Shown: positions 44,101-52,030 of the stretch, one piece after another | Position numbering within the stretch: the stretch's first letter is position 1 | Layout of the letters: every line of letters begins with the position of its first letter | IMG/VR virus record: IMGVR_UViG_3300009826_000001 | Span: 1-64,000 of that record | Strand: one strand, 5' to 3' | From: a virus | Taxonomy: Duplodnaviria > Heunggongvirae > Uroviricota > Caudoviricetes | Length of the DNA stretch: 64,000 bases | Program-made: the position numbers and the translations under genes | Notes under the pieces: model-generated | Told to the model about the DNA's origin: nothing | Databases searched by the model: none | What the model saw: the letters and a program-made list of their open reading frames with translations, nothing else

Positions 44101-45325
44101 TGCGCCCACGCAAGCGGCACTGAACACGGGCAGCCACGCGATCAACTCCGCTGCAAGCAAACTCAACTCGGCCAGCACCAAGCTGTTCGAGGCCACGGCC
44201 GACATCCCGCCGCCGCCCAAGCCTCCTGGCGCCGACGAGCGCGCCGACAAGGACGCGATCAGCCTGGGTCACGGCCTCATCCAGGGCATCTTCGAGGAAC
44301 TGGGCTTCGGCAAAGGGGCCTCGGCGGTGTTCGGCGAGGCGATCACCAGCTGGGGCATCACCAAGATGCTGGGTGCGGGGCTGGACTGGTTCATCGGCGG
44401 TCCCGGCGCGGGCATGTTCGGTGAGCAGGGCGGCCTGGTCCCAGGCAAGGGCAAGCTGTTCGGGTTTGGGGGCGCACGCGGACCGACCGGCCAGAACCTA
44501 GGCGCTGGCTTGGCGCTTGGTTTCGGTGTCCCCAAACCGTTGGTCGAAGCAGGGATGGAGCCCGGCGAAGGCGGTATGCACCCCGGGGAAAACCTGCGGG
44601 GACCAGGACAAGTGGGCAGGCCCGGTTTACCGCAAGTTCTTGGTCCGCTGACCGCGCCTGGTGCCGCGGCTCCCGTTATCGGTCCCAACGGCGGCCCACT
44701 GCCGGTCACGCTGCAACCAGGCCACCAAATTGCGGGGTCACCCGGCGCGCCTGGCAGTACGCCCCAGAACCCGTTGCATGCCGCACTCACGCCGGGACCT
44801 GGCGGCGTGCCGCCTGGTGGCCCTCCTGTCCAGCCTGGTCAAACGCGGGGCTGGTGGCAGCCGTTGCCGGGTGGCGCTGGGCATTATGTGACAGCTGGCT
44901 GGTCGGGTGGCGCTACTGGCGCCGCACCCGACTGGCTCGACCTAGCCGAGGGCGCCGGCGGTGGTGGCCCGGTAACCAGCGTGGGCAGTGCTCTGTTGCG
45001 CACGTTTGCGCCGATGATGCAGCGCCGCCAGCCCTACGATTACGAGGCGCTGCCATATTCACCCGGCAAGATCGCCACAGCCGCCTATACCGCTCCCTCG
45101 TCGCAGTCGCCGACCGTTCCCGGCGGTGGACTGGCCGGTGTGGCAGGTAATTACGGCGGTGTCTCGATCCACAACTACAACCCGACGATGATCGGGCCGC
45201 CCCATTACCAGGTGCCCGGGCAGCTCGGTGACCAGCTGAACAGCGTGCTGACCTCGATAGGCACCCAGCACACTCCGCAACTCGGCGGCGCCGCCGCCGC
45301 TGCCTCATCGTTGCCGGCGGGATAA
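35141..45325 (+). CDS. tape measure protein, 3394 aa, with embedded transglycosylase-like and NlpC/P60 peptidase motifs
   Basis: single uninterrupted ORF directly after G/G-T; YQWGG...DCSGL NlpC/P60 motif near 38175-38240; AVAQHETQWQEPGFMGFGPEATRRGYNYD motif near 37770-37900; C-terminal third Pro/Gly/Ala-rich. Confidence 0.85.
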   Translation: MTAFGTNLWVTVLPALQGLQERFREAGRLAGVAMGYAAGEHVSNALIQHASRAGQSAGAAAATEFGQSFGQGVTGGQAIGQIQSVLTDSFKGFGGKLAADFVADFNNALQGKGLNFGDLMRPMDQLENAMLGPIQRVTEHIPLIGTALREVKADFDTFQAAGIGWLSSLTDIANRYQEIARTIAGQTVNTSAIEQYTGLVRDIMASGALVRVEDLGTAIGRLGNNIRDLDPTQLGELAKNFAQVEEVVGNIDAEKFAGVLSAWQVPATQANETLTMLGNVARDSGQKINATMSEMISAGPALRAMGYDFMQTAMLFSEAAKYGDTAQRAVYAFTHAYKQFIDLNVDPKAGMKQVLENIKAMTESPDPQLERAGVQLAEQVFGQRAAATLVDMLKKGILDAADAMHVPEAFKKEMGETVEQTATLGQEWERVGAQIQAALQPVGTALAGSLAQSTRGISEWLAENQAKILGWGEQITQVVLSGVQHMMSFFGEALQAGATFVNAFKEMVYVGFEAILQPLHGFTELLAKAHVPHFKEMADDLGLIQQKMNQIHDFDAGRFTYNLGTGLKEGADQAENIRQSLVSSTALAQQVLQLHAALRMNIGGQMQEGIEQIRDAAGHLIPPTPDNLELQLKGSAAQHEAAVKAFENVGAGIEFDKDGVLGGKIRRVFALAGHKGLDEALKVFRGEVVNIPVQAVDGSGNVIDADHPLVGGDALGGGDIDVTAVGGLAPVGAVDASGIPRPSGSAFGGQPLPAGQAPATPPAPAADSGEQGRAGTPPPPMPPAFGVPSTSGLVWGDAGPVQTGTLVSWHPDYAGAGAAAGGFGVSEPQRVQLVSMISQLPQAPATGAAPDPGAYRNYLISQAQAAGLSPVEIGMTLAVAQHETQWQEPGFMGFGPEATRRGYNYDADPKGAIDQFIRQYTTRLGQAPGLNRNDPAAVADYIWHTVHGAADPHYGASLMSTYQGIGPTSGPLSPQATQALDHASDTVKGLSAQMPVGFADARSLADQLRGVGYQWGGAGDKVNQFMYDCSGLISEMYKTLTGLPAGPEVKGGPQGGRFTTQTLMDPKQLAALGFVPGYDPTSMFNIGFNAAHVAGSLGTEAQGQLNIESNAPPGYVQVGAGTKGAHDPQFTQFAHLPDWMVRGAGTPTGTPQTIWGTGAAGTQTIPLEAWRGWIAGGKHYPLGVSQASPQLQYLAQIISMIPQFSALQATAQGGGLEFTGEDAQLRALHAELQKSGIPMTEVPGALDVTVPQEHMQRLIYDTISHFTPVGQEVSFGGPGGVNIEPVPAGTAGAPHAPAPPHDMSQGDWAALGAETLLGGLAARFIAWPMIRRIFGMARGLRAGARGVTGGAGFGGAARGAGGGYAAAYWAIKAAEAARQAPRGGSEALRAAGLDVDPISQRLWESGPTFFERISGLDRLRSIASMQQFLNQADMLGEAGYPEGLLPPDLGATGIPSPALVRRAHRIAAGESALRPGFGALELGAGPLGESFRDPVTGQFLPSATWAAGPGGESPYPFDLMSSMSRFQPGQIATWTGMARPTFLDDLAAAQRQFLRLAQLPAESNWLTQLNLAQQPFGAPTYDRYRGLMSTLSQAAPGDILGAVPEAQRMAADAVALARNIGLTFGGAPRSVSARAQELRSLFARGPAATPITGALADIPADIMQRLTGGVAGLPLLTTPEAPAEALIRNIQAMAGQVELRQTMNWLAAEAQALSGAGRQYVMPGVAMPQGLFFQQAQAAEAAIRARMAAGELGAGVEWGIERGPLPEVDPRIYPLPPGEIYPSLGEGYDPTSIATGQQIYGRPLPGGGMSRDYWIEGSGNSWRLHDLRTGGEPLQLGQYRTRKAATEGLRQHLTQVRRAQQEQAIARANEVARRARSLTGMGPALRESTAEVTARISEAVAQAGFGNIPEAAMARVSRFVQDPAEAQLLAQMLGIEPGKVEPIFGPEPPPTPAGMVAEAQAALEAGEAITPKAGEATISKAEAGQTWRRYRPRTAAGEGNFIISGKRGRYTVRDLTERGAERQVGGEYRTVTEARQELEAEVERIHQAALEELRAGLDATRAVQRSRDIADVMGMLETGPAFDTGGFADILRGLQLPAPPAPISIPYPQFPTPAAPVSIPYPQFPAPRPTPLLMPRVRPTPPPVSSETLAGRPILEAVGRMPRAWPSELPAGPPSPAIVASYLDSFQKYWNDLSPIEKYAVSQAHAMGTLPMEDLLAHAGFESAGGWDPGMLSALESAIAPTLTTSVQDVIGAPAAAAAGAPAPAAAAAAPGTYAIGPGALAPEVLATPPRPPAPLAPPGLLSRLLTERPSVSWLPAPVQRALGQLSDLYSRLPAPVRTGLRWGGRALEVGQVAGAGVEAAHGVAEQDTTAEKVGALALTAGGTALLAAAAPELGTFAAVLGAAAGAAQLDELVQRHAPGLVAATQDWTPGAIADRLGAGTRRIFAGALPRFFGPPPTAPPPTQPVAPTGPPAGGPPPPPPGLPSVLGAGGGTPPTVHVVPPPGEEHRWRGIYPAISGMLPGGADWEAQYGGKSGIEQALTAELGSGGMTLAKDIVGGINKLGPTIADLIGAAGKGIVDLARPPSEAERREWGPGSEFGALGKARDEAPVADAVSDAVGDVSDAGVDIVHSVGDAFHSFWFGSPPARPTPKAPPVTPPTKPSDTGGDEDWDSEDFTGPEGVIQPVEAAPKWTVTEGVPQPLAPKDQPDQPGDTGGGGGGGGGGGTTDSGDFDEDDDFTGPEGVIQPAEAPAPQAPAQGGGGPPPPEQQAGGPPPLEQPGGAPGTTPGQPPPTTFTTTPGGSGYGTPVFVTNWPGVGAGTGAAGAPPPAAPAPAPAPAPAPAPAPGAEAPPVAAAAPAAAPPTGAPPEGGPAALAPSPGATAATGPIPAGASPDQMAYGGQPYGPQGPIDLNYFDPYSRYPAMHQRAYRTWLHEYERWQIEVSTRSPQIELLNSELASAKSAYDIEQQKWGAIVARGEAEQRLGHGIDAPTQAALNTGSHAINSAASKLNSASTKLFEATADIPPPPKPPGADERADKDAISLGHGLIQGIFEELGFGKGASAVFGEAITSWGITKMLGAGLDWFIGGPGAGMFGEQGGLVPGKGKLFGFGGARGPTGQNLGAGLALGFGVPKPLVEAGMEPGEGGMHPGENLRGPGQVGRPGLPQVLGPLTAPGAAAPVIGPNGGPLPVTLQPGHQIAGSPGAPGSTPQNPLHAALTPGPGGVPPGGPPVQPGQTRGWWQPLPGGAGHYVTAGWSGGATGAAPDWLDLAEGAGGGGPVTSVGSALLRTFAPMMQRRQPYDYEALPYSPGKIATAAYTAPSSQSPTVPGGGLAGVAGNYGGVSIHNYNPTMIGPPHYQVPGQLGDQLNSVLTSIGTQHTPQLGGAAAAASSLPAG

Positions 45326-45328
45326 GCC

Positions 45329-46432
45329 ATGACCGCCGCCTCGCCCGCCCTGCTCCCCTCCCCGCTGTTCCCGGGGAGCACGACCGCCGCCTACGTGCTG
45401 CCCGAGCTCGACGTGGGCAGCGATTTCGGGGCCCTGCCGCTCACGCTGCGCGGCATGGAGACGCGGTGCGTCTACATCTCCCCGGCTGGCGATCTGTTCA
45501 ACCTGACGGGCCCGATGGCCGGTCTGGAGGGCGTGCGGATCATCACCCAGCTCACCGGCGACCAGTCCTGGCCGATCGAGCAGGTGCTCACCCGCTCGCC
45601 CTACATCATGGGAGCGCGGATCAACCGCACCAACGTGGGCGAACGGCACTTCCAGGCCGGGATCATGATCGGCAGCCACTCCCCGCCGCTGACCGAGTAC
45701 CAGTACCGGATGGCCAACAACCACTGGTGGGCCAGCCAGGACGAGAACAACGACGGCTGGTTCGGCATGTATACCCGGTTCTCGGGATGGCGCTGGATTC
45801 CGCTGCGCATCTTCCAGACAATCAAGACCCCGCAGCGCATCGACCCGACTGCCTTCGGCAACAACGCCGCGGCCTGGGACATCAGCTGGATCGCCCAGCG
45901 GCCGTGGTTCACCAAGGTCGCGCTCTACGACAGCTTCCAGGCCAGCATGGTCACCACCCCCACACTGGCCCCAGCCGGTTCCATCTCGGGCACGCCCGAG
46001 GAAGCCGAGTATTACTGGGGCACCGTGGTGCTGGCCAACCGCGGCGATCTGCCCAGTTGCGCGCAGTTCTTCATCACCAGCCCCGGCCAGGCCATCGTGC
46101 AGGACAACGACTCGCAGCGGCTGGTGGTGCTGCCGCTGACCACGACCAACGTCGGCACTTACATGTGCGACACGGCTCCCGGCGTGCGGACGCTGACCGC
46201 GGCCAATGACCCGTCCGACAACCTGCTGTTCGACTTCATCCGGCAGTCCACCATCCTGGACTTCTTCCTGGGCGGTATCGCCAATGAGGGACTGCCGCTG
46301 GCGATGCAGTTCCAGAACCGCTTCATCTACCAGGTGCCACCGCAGACGGTGTGTTCGTTCACCGTGGGCCACTCCAATCCCGGCGGCGTCATCACGGTGC
46401 TGATGCCCCAGATGTATAAGCGCGGCACATGA
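45329..46432 (+). CDS. minor tail protein (367 aa)
   Basis: position after TMP. Confidence 0.6.
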   Translation: MTAASPALLPSPLFPGSTTAAYVLPELDVGSDFGALPLTLRGMETRCVYISPAGDLFNLTGPMAGLEGVRIITQLTGDQSWPIEQVLTRSPYIMGARINRTNVGERHFQAGIMIGSHSPPLTEYQYRMANNHWWASQDENNDGWFGMYTRFSGWRWIPLRIFQTIKTPQRIDPTAFGNNAAAWDISWIAQRPWFTKVALYDSFQASMVTTPTLAPAGSISGTPEEAEYYWGTVVLANRGDLPSCAQFFITSPGQAIVQDNDSQRLVVLPLTTTNVGTYMCDTAPGVRTLTAANDPSDNLLFDFIRQSTILDFFLGGIANEGLPLAMQFQNRFIYQVPPQTVCSFTVGHSNPGGVITVLMPQMYKRGT

Positions 46433-48420
46433 CCACCGGCACCGGCGTCACCAGCACGGGTCTGGCCGGCCCGCTCATCGGCAGCCTGCAGCAGCTGGTG
46501 GGCAACTTGCGCATCCCGGCGATCCAGTTCAACACCTGGGTCGACTCCCTGCTCAACCTGCCGGAACCGGGCGTGCCCGACCCGCTGACTTCACCGGCCA
46601 GCTGTGCCACCTACCTGTCGGCGCTGCGCCAGGTCACCGTCGAGTCGGGCTATCAGCGTCCGCTGATCCGCATCACTGACGGCAACCTCGAGGTGATGAC
46701 CGAGCTGGAAGGCGAGATCAGCTGCTCGATGCAGGACTTGAGCGCCGACACCGGGATGGTCAACCTCAAGATCAACTTCGACAACTGGCTGGTCGACTGG
46801 ATGACCAACCAGACCATGCCGGTCGAGGATCTCAACCTGCTGATCGACCCGATCGCGAGTAACCCAGACTGGAGAACCCGCTGGGGCGGCAAGATCACCA
46901 TGCTCGACGTCAAGCAGGACGACAAGGGCGTGCACAGCATCGAGATCAAGGCGATGCACTTCCGCGAGCACGCGAAACATCTCCTGGTCGCCGCCAACCC
47001 GATCTTCCCGCCGGAGATCCAGCTTCCCCGGATGTGGGTGCTGCCCGGCCCGATGCGGACCATCGGCTTCATCACTGCGTTCGTCAACCTGGCGCGGCTG
47101 TTCATGCCGGGGTGGTCGACGATCACCAACATCGCCAACCCGGCCGGCTGGATCAACCCAGTCAGCCCTGATGCGGCCCTGAACGTGCTACCGACCTACT
47201 GGCCGATCCAGCCCGCGTTCGTGGATGTGGTGACCGATCAGTCCCGGTGGACCTCGATGGGCGCCAACTGGCAGAACTGGCACGAGGCGTTCAAGGGGAT
47301 GCTCACCGACGCGGGCTGCCAGATGCGCTTCTACACCTACCTGACCACCGACAAGGACAGCCCGAACGTGGAGCTGGCCTCGATCCTGGACCTGGCACCC
47401 GACCTGCTCTCGCTGATGGGCATCGACACCGGCAACCTCGCTGTCGACCTCACCGAGATCGCCGCCCCACAGCGCAACGCGATCTGTGTGGCCTTCGAGA
47501 ACATCTCTGGTGTCACCGGCCCGACCGGCACCGCGGTGGACGGCCTGATCAACACCGTGGCCGTCACACTGGACGACCTGATCACGCCGTTCGCGATCGA
47601 CCCCACCACCGGCAACGTGTTCGACCCGGCGCAGATCCTCAACGGCGAGCCGGTGGAATCGGCGACCGGGCTGGGCCAGACCTACCTGTTCGAGCAGCTG
47701 CTCGGGGTGGCGCCGGCGCCGCCCCAGGTGATCTGGTGGGACGGCTACTGGAACGGTCTGATGGAGACCGAGCTCATCTGGAACAAGGGTGGCGTCAAGA
47801 CCATCATGACTGGGGGCAAATCGCCCACGCTGGTCAACTCCGCCATCGACTTCTCGATAAAGTACGCGCTCGCCCAACTATCGGCCGTATTGGACGAATG
47901 GCTGGGCGTCGCGGATTTCTCCGGCGTCATTCAAACACCGGGCACTCCGGGTTTGGACAATCTCTACAATGGACAGCTCGACAACACAATTTTAGCCTGG
48001 GAACGCTATACCGATCCTTTGCGCGCTTTATACAGCGGGGACATGGCGTGGCAGGAGCACTTCGAAAAGGGCTCCGGTACGGCCTACGTGCTGGCCAGCA
48101 TCCTCACGCTGCGACTGGGCGACTGGAATACCAACCCCTATGCGGCGTTCAAGGCCAAGACGATCGACGGCTATCCCTGGATCGCCAACGTCGATTATCA
48201 CGTCGGTGATCGTGTCGGTTTTGAGCGCAACGGAATTATCTGGGTCGATAATGTCATGGGAATTACCCGGGAATGGGACTGGGAAAAGCCGCTCACCACC
48301 ACGGTGAAGATCGGCGACGACAAGCGCAAGGGCGACCCGATCGCGGCCGCGTTTCACACGATGGAGAACCTCTACACATTCGTGGGAACCCTGGCCGGAC
48401 AGGGGACACTGTTCCAGTGA
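46429..48420 (+). CDS. minor tail protein (663 aa)
   Basis: ATGA overlap; position. Confidence 0.6.
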   Translation: MTTGTGVTSTGLAGPLIGSLQQLVGNLRIPAIQFNTWVDSLLNLPEPGVPDPLTSPASCATYLSALRQVTVESGYQRPLIRITDGNLEVMTELEGEISCSMQDLSADTGMVNLKINFDNWLVDWMTNQTMPVEDLNLLIDPIASNPDWRTRWGGKITMLDVKQDDKGVHSIEIKAMHFREHAKHLLVAANPIFPPEIQLPRMWVLPGPMRTIGFITAFVNLARLFMPGWSTITNIANPAGWINPVSPDAALNVLPTYWPIQPAFVDVVTDQSRWTSMGANWQNWHEAFKGMLTDAGCQMRFYTYLTTDKDSPNVELASILDLAPDLLSLMGIDTGNLAVDLTEIAAPQRNAICVAFENISGVTGPTGTAVDGLINTVAVTLDDLITPFAIDPTTGNVFDPAQILNGEPVESATGLGQTYLFEQLLGVAPAPPQVIWWDGYWNGLMETELIWNKGGVKTIMTGGKSPTLVNSAIDFSIKYALAQLSAVLDEWLGVADFSGVIQTPGTPGLDNLYNGQLDNTILAWERYTDPLRALYSGDMAWQEHFEKGSGTAYVLASILTLRLGDWNTNPYAAFKAKTIDGYPWIANVDYHVGDRVGFERNGIIWVDNVMGITREWDWEKPLTTTVKIGDDKRKGDPIAAAFHTMENLYTFVGTLAGQGTLFQ

Positions 48421-49094
48421 CGACCTACAAAGAGCGCAATCCCCGGCGCCGCGGCAGCCAGCCCAACCGGGATTCCAAGTACGCCTTCCCCGGCTCGAAC
48501 CCCTACGCCCGGTCCAGCCACGCGCCGTTGCTGGAGTTCGGCGAGTGGGGCGAGCTGACGCCCAAGACGATCCAGCAGGCCGGCCTGACCGGCGAAGCCC
48601 GCAAGCGCGCCCAGGAGCTGCTCAAGGTGCAGGCCGCCTACCTGGAGATTTACCAGGCGCTGGACTTCCCCAACGATCCCGAGGGCAACGTATGCGATCT
48701 GTCTGGCGCGCACATGACCCAGCCCAAGATCGCGATCGCCTGGACGCTGGCCCTGCTGGGCTTTCGGCGCACTGGGCGCGGCTACATCAAGAAACGCCAC
48801 TACGACGTGCCCGGCGTCTACGACAACGCCTACTACTACGTCGACTCGCGCGCACCCGACGAGGCGTTCGAGGAACTGCGTCCCGAACACCGTTCTGGCG
48901 ACTACAAGCTGCCACCGGACACCCGCCGGCTGGCCGCGATGCGCGACGGCGAGGAGCCCATGCAGTTCCCGCCGGGCTGGGCGGTCAAGCCCGAGGTCAA
49001 CATCGAGTACATCGACCGCGACGAGTACCGCAAACGTTGCGCGACCGAGAACGCGGAGCGCCCGGAATCGGGCAGTGAGGATGAGCAGTCATGA
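48417..49094 (+). CDS. hypothetical tail-region protein (GTG start, about 225 aa)
   Basis: GTGA overlap with upstream stop; in-frame continuation of ORF 48273..49094. Confidence 0.5.
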   Translation: MTTYKERNPRRRGSQPNRDSKYAFPGSNPYARSSHAPLLEFGEWGELTPKTIQQAGLTGEARKRAQELLKVQAAYLEIYQALDFPNDPEGNVCDLSGAHMTQPKIAIAWTLALLGFRRTGRGYIKKRHYDVPGVYDNAYYYVDSRAPDEAFEELRPEHRSGDYKLPPDTRRLAAMRDGEEPMQFPPGWAVKPEVNIEYIDRDEYRKRCATENAERPESGSEDEQS

Positions 49095-50326
49095 CCAGCA
49101 CCCTGATCAACATCCCCGCCGCCACCACCTACGCGCCGGCCAGCAACCAGACCTCGACGGTCCCGCAGATCGGCTCGATCCTCTACATGGCCAGCTACCT
49201 GTTCCAGCTGGCGCTCTCGAGCGAGATCACCCCGCCCGACACGCCGAACATGTACTCGGGGCGCCTGGAGATCATGGGCGATCCCGGCGCGATCGACCTG
49301 TCGCCGCTGATGGGCCCGCAAGGATTTCCCGGCGATGCTTCATTCGCGCTCAGGCGCCAGGACACCCCGGTGGTCAACAGCATCGACGAGCTGCCGACCA
49401 ACCTCACCGACACCACTACCGACATCGGCAAGTATTGGCAGATCGCCACCATCACGGGCGGCGTGATCACCGCCGTGTGGTCCTACGTCTGGTACGGCGA
49501 CTCCTGGCGGGTGCTGCAGATCGGCACCTTCGGCCCTCCCGGTCCCACCCCGGAGATTTCGGTGGCGTGTGAGGCCATCCCGCCACAGAAGCTGCCGACT
49601 TACCCCGACACCACCAGCATCGTGCAGACCAGCGGGGATGCCCTGGACCCGTCGTGGATCTTCCAGCTGGCGGTCCCGGCCGGCCCACCCGGTCCGGTCG
49701 CCGCGGTGGCGACGTTCCCCGACGTGGACGAGACCAACATCGCCGTGATGGACGTGCTGGCGTTCTCCGGGCATTACACCGACCAGGCCAAGCCGATCTT
49801 CAAGCCGTTCTCACTGACCGGCTACGCCTGCCAGTTCTACAGCGTGCCGCAGTCGATCTTCCAGTCCTACTCCGGGTTTGCCCAGCAGGCGTTCATCGGC
49901 AGCTACGCGCTGCCGCCGCAGAACTTCGAGTGGACGCCGATCGTGTGGGGCCACATCGGGGAGGGCGGCGCGATGCTGTCCACCAGCCCGTTCACCGTGG
50001 GCTGCCAGGTGCTGCTGGGCTCTGACACGATGAACACCGGCTCGAACCCCAACGCTGGCCAGCTCATCGCCCGCGGCATCGGCAACACGCTGGGCGAGGT
50101 CAACATCGTCCCGCACTACAGCTACTCCCCCTACACCGGCACCACGCTGACGCCCGAGAACGGCGTGGCGGTCGTTCCCGCTCAACACACCGGGGACGAG
50201 GGCACGATTTTTCTCAACCTTTGGAACGATGGTTTATATGGCGCCTACAACTTCCAGCCGACCAACGCGCAGCTATTTGTGCTGGTGGTGCCCGTCGATC
50301 TGGCTGCCAGCATCCAGCCGTGGTGA
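49091..50326 (+). CDS. minor tail protein with collagen-like GPxG motifs (paralogue of 52031..53833)
   Basis: MGPQGFPGD, GPPGPTP; conserved C-terminal region shared with 52031..53833. Confidence 0.6.
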   Translation: MTSTLINIPAATTYAPASNQTSTVPQIGSILYMASYLFQLALSSEITPPDTPNMYSGRLEIMGDPGAIDLSPLMGPQGFPGDASFALRRQDTPVVNSIDELPTNLTDTTTDIGKYWQIATITGGVITAVWSYVWYGDSWRVLQIGTFGPPGPTPEISVACEAIPPQKLPTYPDTTSIVQTSGDALDPSWIFQLAVPAGPPGPVAAVATFPDVDETNIAVMDVLAFSGHYTDQAKPIFKPFSLTGYACQFYSVPQSIFQSYSGFAQQAFIGSYALPPQNFEWTPIVWGHIGEGGAMLSTSPFTVGCQVLLGSDTMNTGSNPNAGQLIARGIGNTLGEVNIVPHYSYSPYTGTTLTPENGVAVVPAQHTGDEGTIFLNLWNDGLYGAYNFQPTNAQLFVLVVPVDLAASIQPW

Positions 50327-50332
50327 GCACTG

Positions 50333-50746
50333 ATGGCTAACGAACCGACGATCACCCAGCATGGCGACTGGCATTTGGTGCGGCTGGGCAACTGGGAGGT
50401 CAGCATCGCCCCGGACGGCCTGCTGATGCTGCCCCGGCACCTGCACCCGCGCGAGGTCCCCGAGTTCTGTGCGGCGATCACCGCTGCTGCCGAGAAAGCG
50501 ACGGAAGTCGTCTCCGGCAATGAGGAAGCCGCTGCCGCAGCTGTGCCGGCCAAGCCCACCCCGCGCGGGCGACGCCAGGCGATGGTTGCCAGTGGTGACC
50601 TGCCACCGGGTGCTCAGCGCCGAAACATTGTGGCACGCACGGAAACCGGCCGCGGGGCCATCGGGCGCAACCGGCCACGCGATCTGCGCGAGCGCCGGGT
50701 CCCGCAGCCACCGGGACCGCCGGGGGTCACCAATGGCGGCAGATAA
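50333..50746 (+). CDS. hypothetical protein (137 aa)
   Basis: ORF track. Confidence 0.45.
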   Translation: MANEPTITQHGDWHLVRLGNWEVSIAPDGLLMLPRHLHPREVPEFCAAITAAAEKATEVVSGNEEAAAAAVPAKPTPRGRRQAMVASGDLPPGAQRRNIVARTETGRGAIGRNRPRDLRERRVPQPPGPPGVTNGGR

Positions 50747-51107
50747 GCCGATGCGGCCCAAGAGCCCGCCGGTCCGGGTGGAAGTCCGTATCGGCGGCAA
50801 ACTGCGGTTCGCCAACGACGTCTACGAACCGAGCCTTGTCAACGATGAGTTGACGGTCCTGCTCACCGCAGCCCTCAAGCCCACGATGGTGCCCGTGCAG
50901 GAGGCACCGGCGGGTAGCCAGCGTGATGAGTTCGCCGCCGACCCGCGCAACGGCACGCAGATTCTCATGCAGATCCACAACGGCGTGCGGGAGGCCCCTG
51001 CGCCACCGCCTACGCCGACACCTGTCCCGCCCGAATCCGGGCAGACCGCCGCACCCTTGCCGGGACGGCGACCGAGCACGGCCAAGCGCACCAGGAGGAA
51101 ACGATGA
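50733..51107 (+). CDS. hypothetical protein (about 124 aa)
   Basis: ATG 50733 (MAADKPM) in frame of ORF 50469..51107. Confidence 0.4.
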   Translation: MAADKPMRPKSPPVRVEVRIGGKLRFANDVYEPSLVNDELTVLLTAALKPTMVPVQEAPAGSQRDEFAADPRNGTQILMQIHNGVREAPAPPPTPTPVPPESGQTAAPLPGRRPSTAKRTRRKR

Positions 51108-52030
51108 CCACCCCGGTCGGGCAGTCCCTGACCTACTTCCCGGTCACCGGCGACTACCAGAGTGTCAACGCCCCACTGCCCCAGTCCACCACCAGTGCGC
51201 CGATCATGGGCCCGATCCAGGGACTGGTCACCTTCACCCCCCGCGTGCCGGCCGGGTGGGTCGCCTACGTCGCCGACTACCAGATCAGCCAGGACTCCAA
51301 CAACACCCAGACGGTCCAGATCATCGGCGCGATCACCGGCGGTGCCTGGACGCTGGGTTTTCAGGGCGTGTGGACCGCGCCCATCGCCGCGGGTGCCACC
51401 GCCGCCGAGGTGCAGGCCGCCCTGGGCGCGCTGGAAACGGTCGGCACGCCGAACGTGACGGTCACGGGCAATGACGGCGGTCCCTACACGGTGGAGTTCG
51501 TCGGCACGCTGGCCAACCAGCCGTTGCCGCAGTTACTGTCCAGCGTGGGCACCCCGGCCACCGGTGGGCTGACCGTGTCGTCGGGGTCGCCCTACATCAC
51601 CGTGGTGATGCTGCAACCCGGCTCGGTGAGCCGGGTGGCGCCATGCGCTATCGCGATCCCGCCGCTGGTGGCGCGCATCTGGACCACCGGAGAGCTCAGC
51701 GCGATCAACGTGGCCGACTCCGCGGGCGTCGAGCTGGTCGCCAACACCGAAGTGCTCGACCTGACCTACGACCTGATCTATGACGTCACGTTCAACAGCA
51801 TCACCTACGCGGGCCAGCCGCAGTCGCTGGCGCCGTTCGCGTTCATCGCGCCCACTGACGGGACGCCGGTCTGCCTGACCGACCCCAACCTGGCGCGGAT
51901 CGGCTTCGTCGGCCCGCTGGCCACCACCTGGTTCCCCGGTTGGACTCCGAGCCCGACCATCACCGGCGCGACTATCACGCCGCTGACCGTGGTGTCGGTC
52001 GGCGCCGGAGTGTCCTCTGTGGTGGCCTAA
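51104..52030 (+). CDS. minor tail protein (308 aa)
   Basis: ORF track. Confidence 0.5.
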   Translation: MTTPVGQSLTYFPVTGDYQSVNAPLPQSTTSAPIMGPIQGLVTFTPRVPAGWVAYVADYQISQDSNNTQTVQIIGAITGGAWTLGFQGVWTAPIAAGATAAEVQAALGALETVGTPNVTVTGNDGGPYTVEFVGTLANQPLPQLLSSVGTPATGGLTVSSGSPYITVVMLQPGSVSRVAPCAIAIPPLVARIWTTGELSAINVADSAGVELVANTEVLDLTYDLIYDVTFNSITYAGQPQSLAPFAFIAPTDGTPVCLTDPNLARIGFVGPLATTWFPGWTPSPTITGATITPLTVVSVGAGVSSVVA

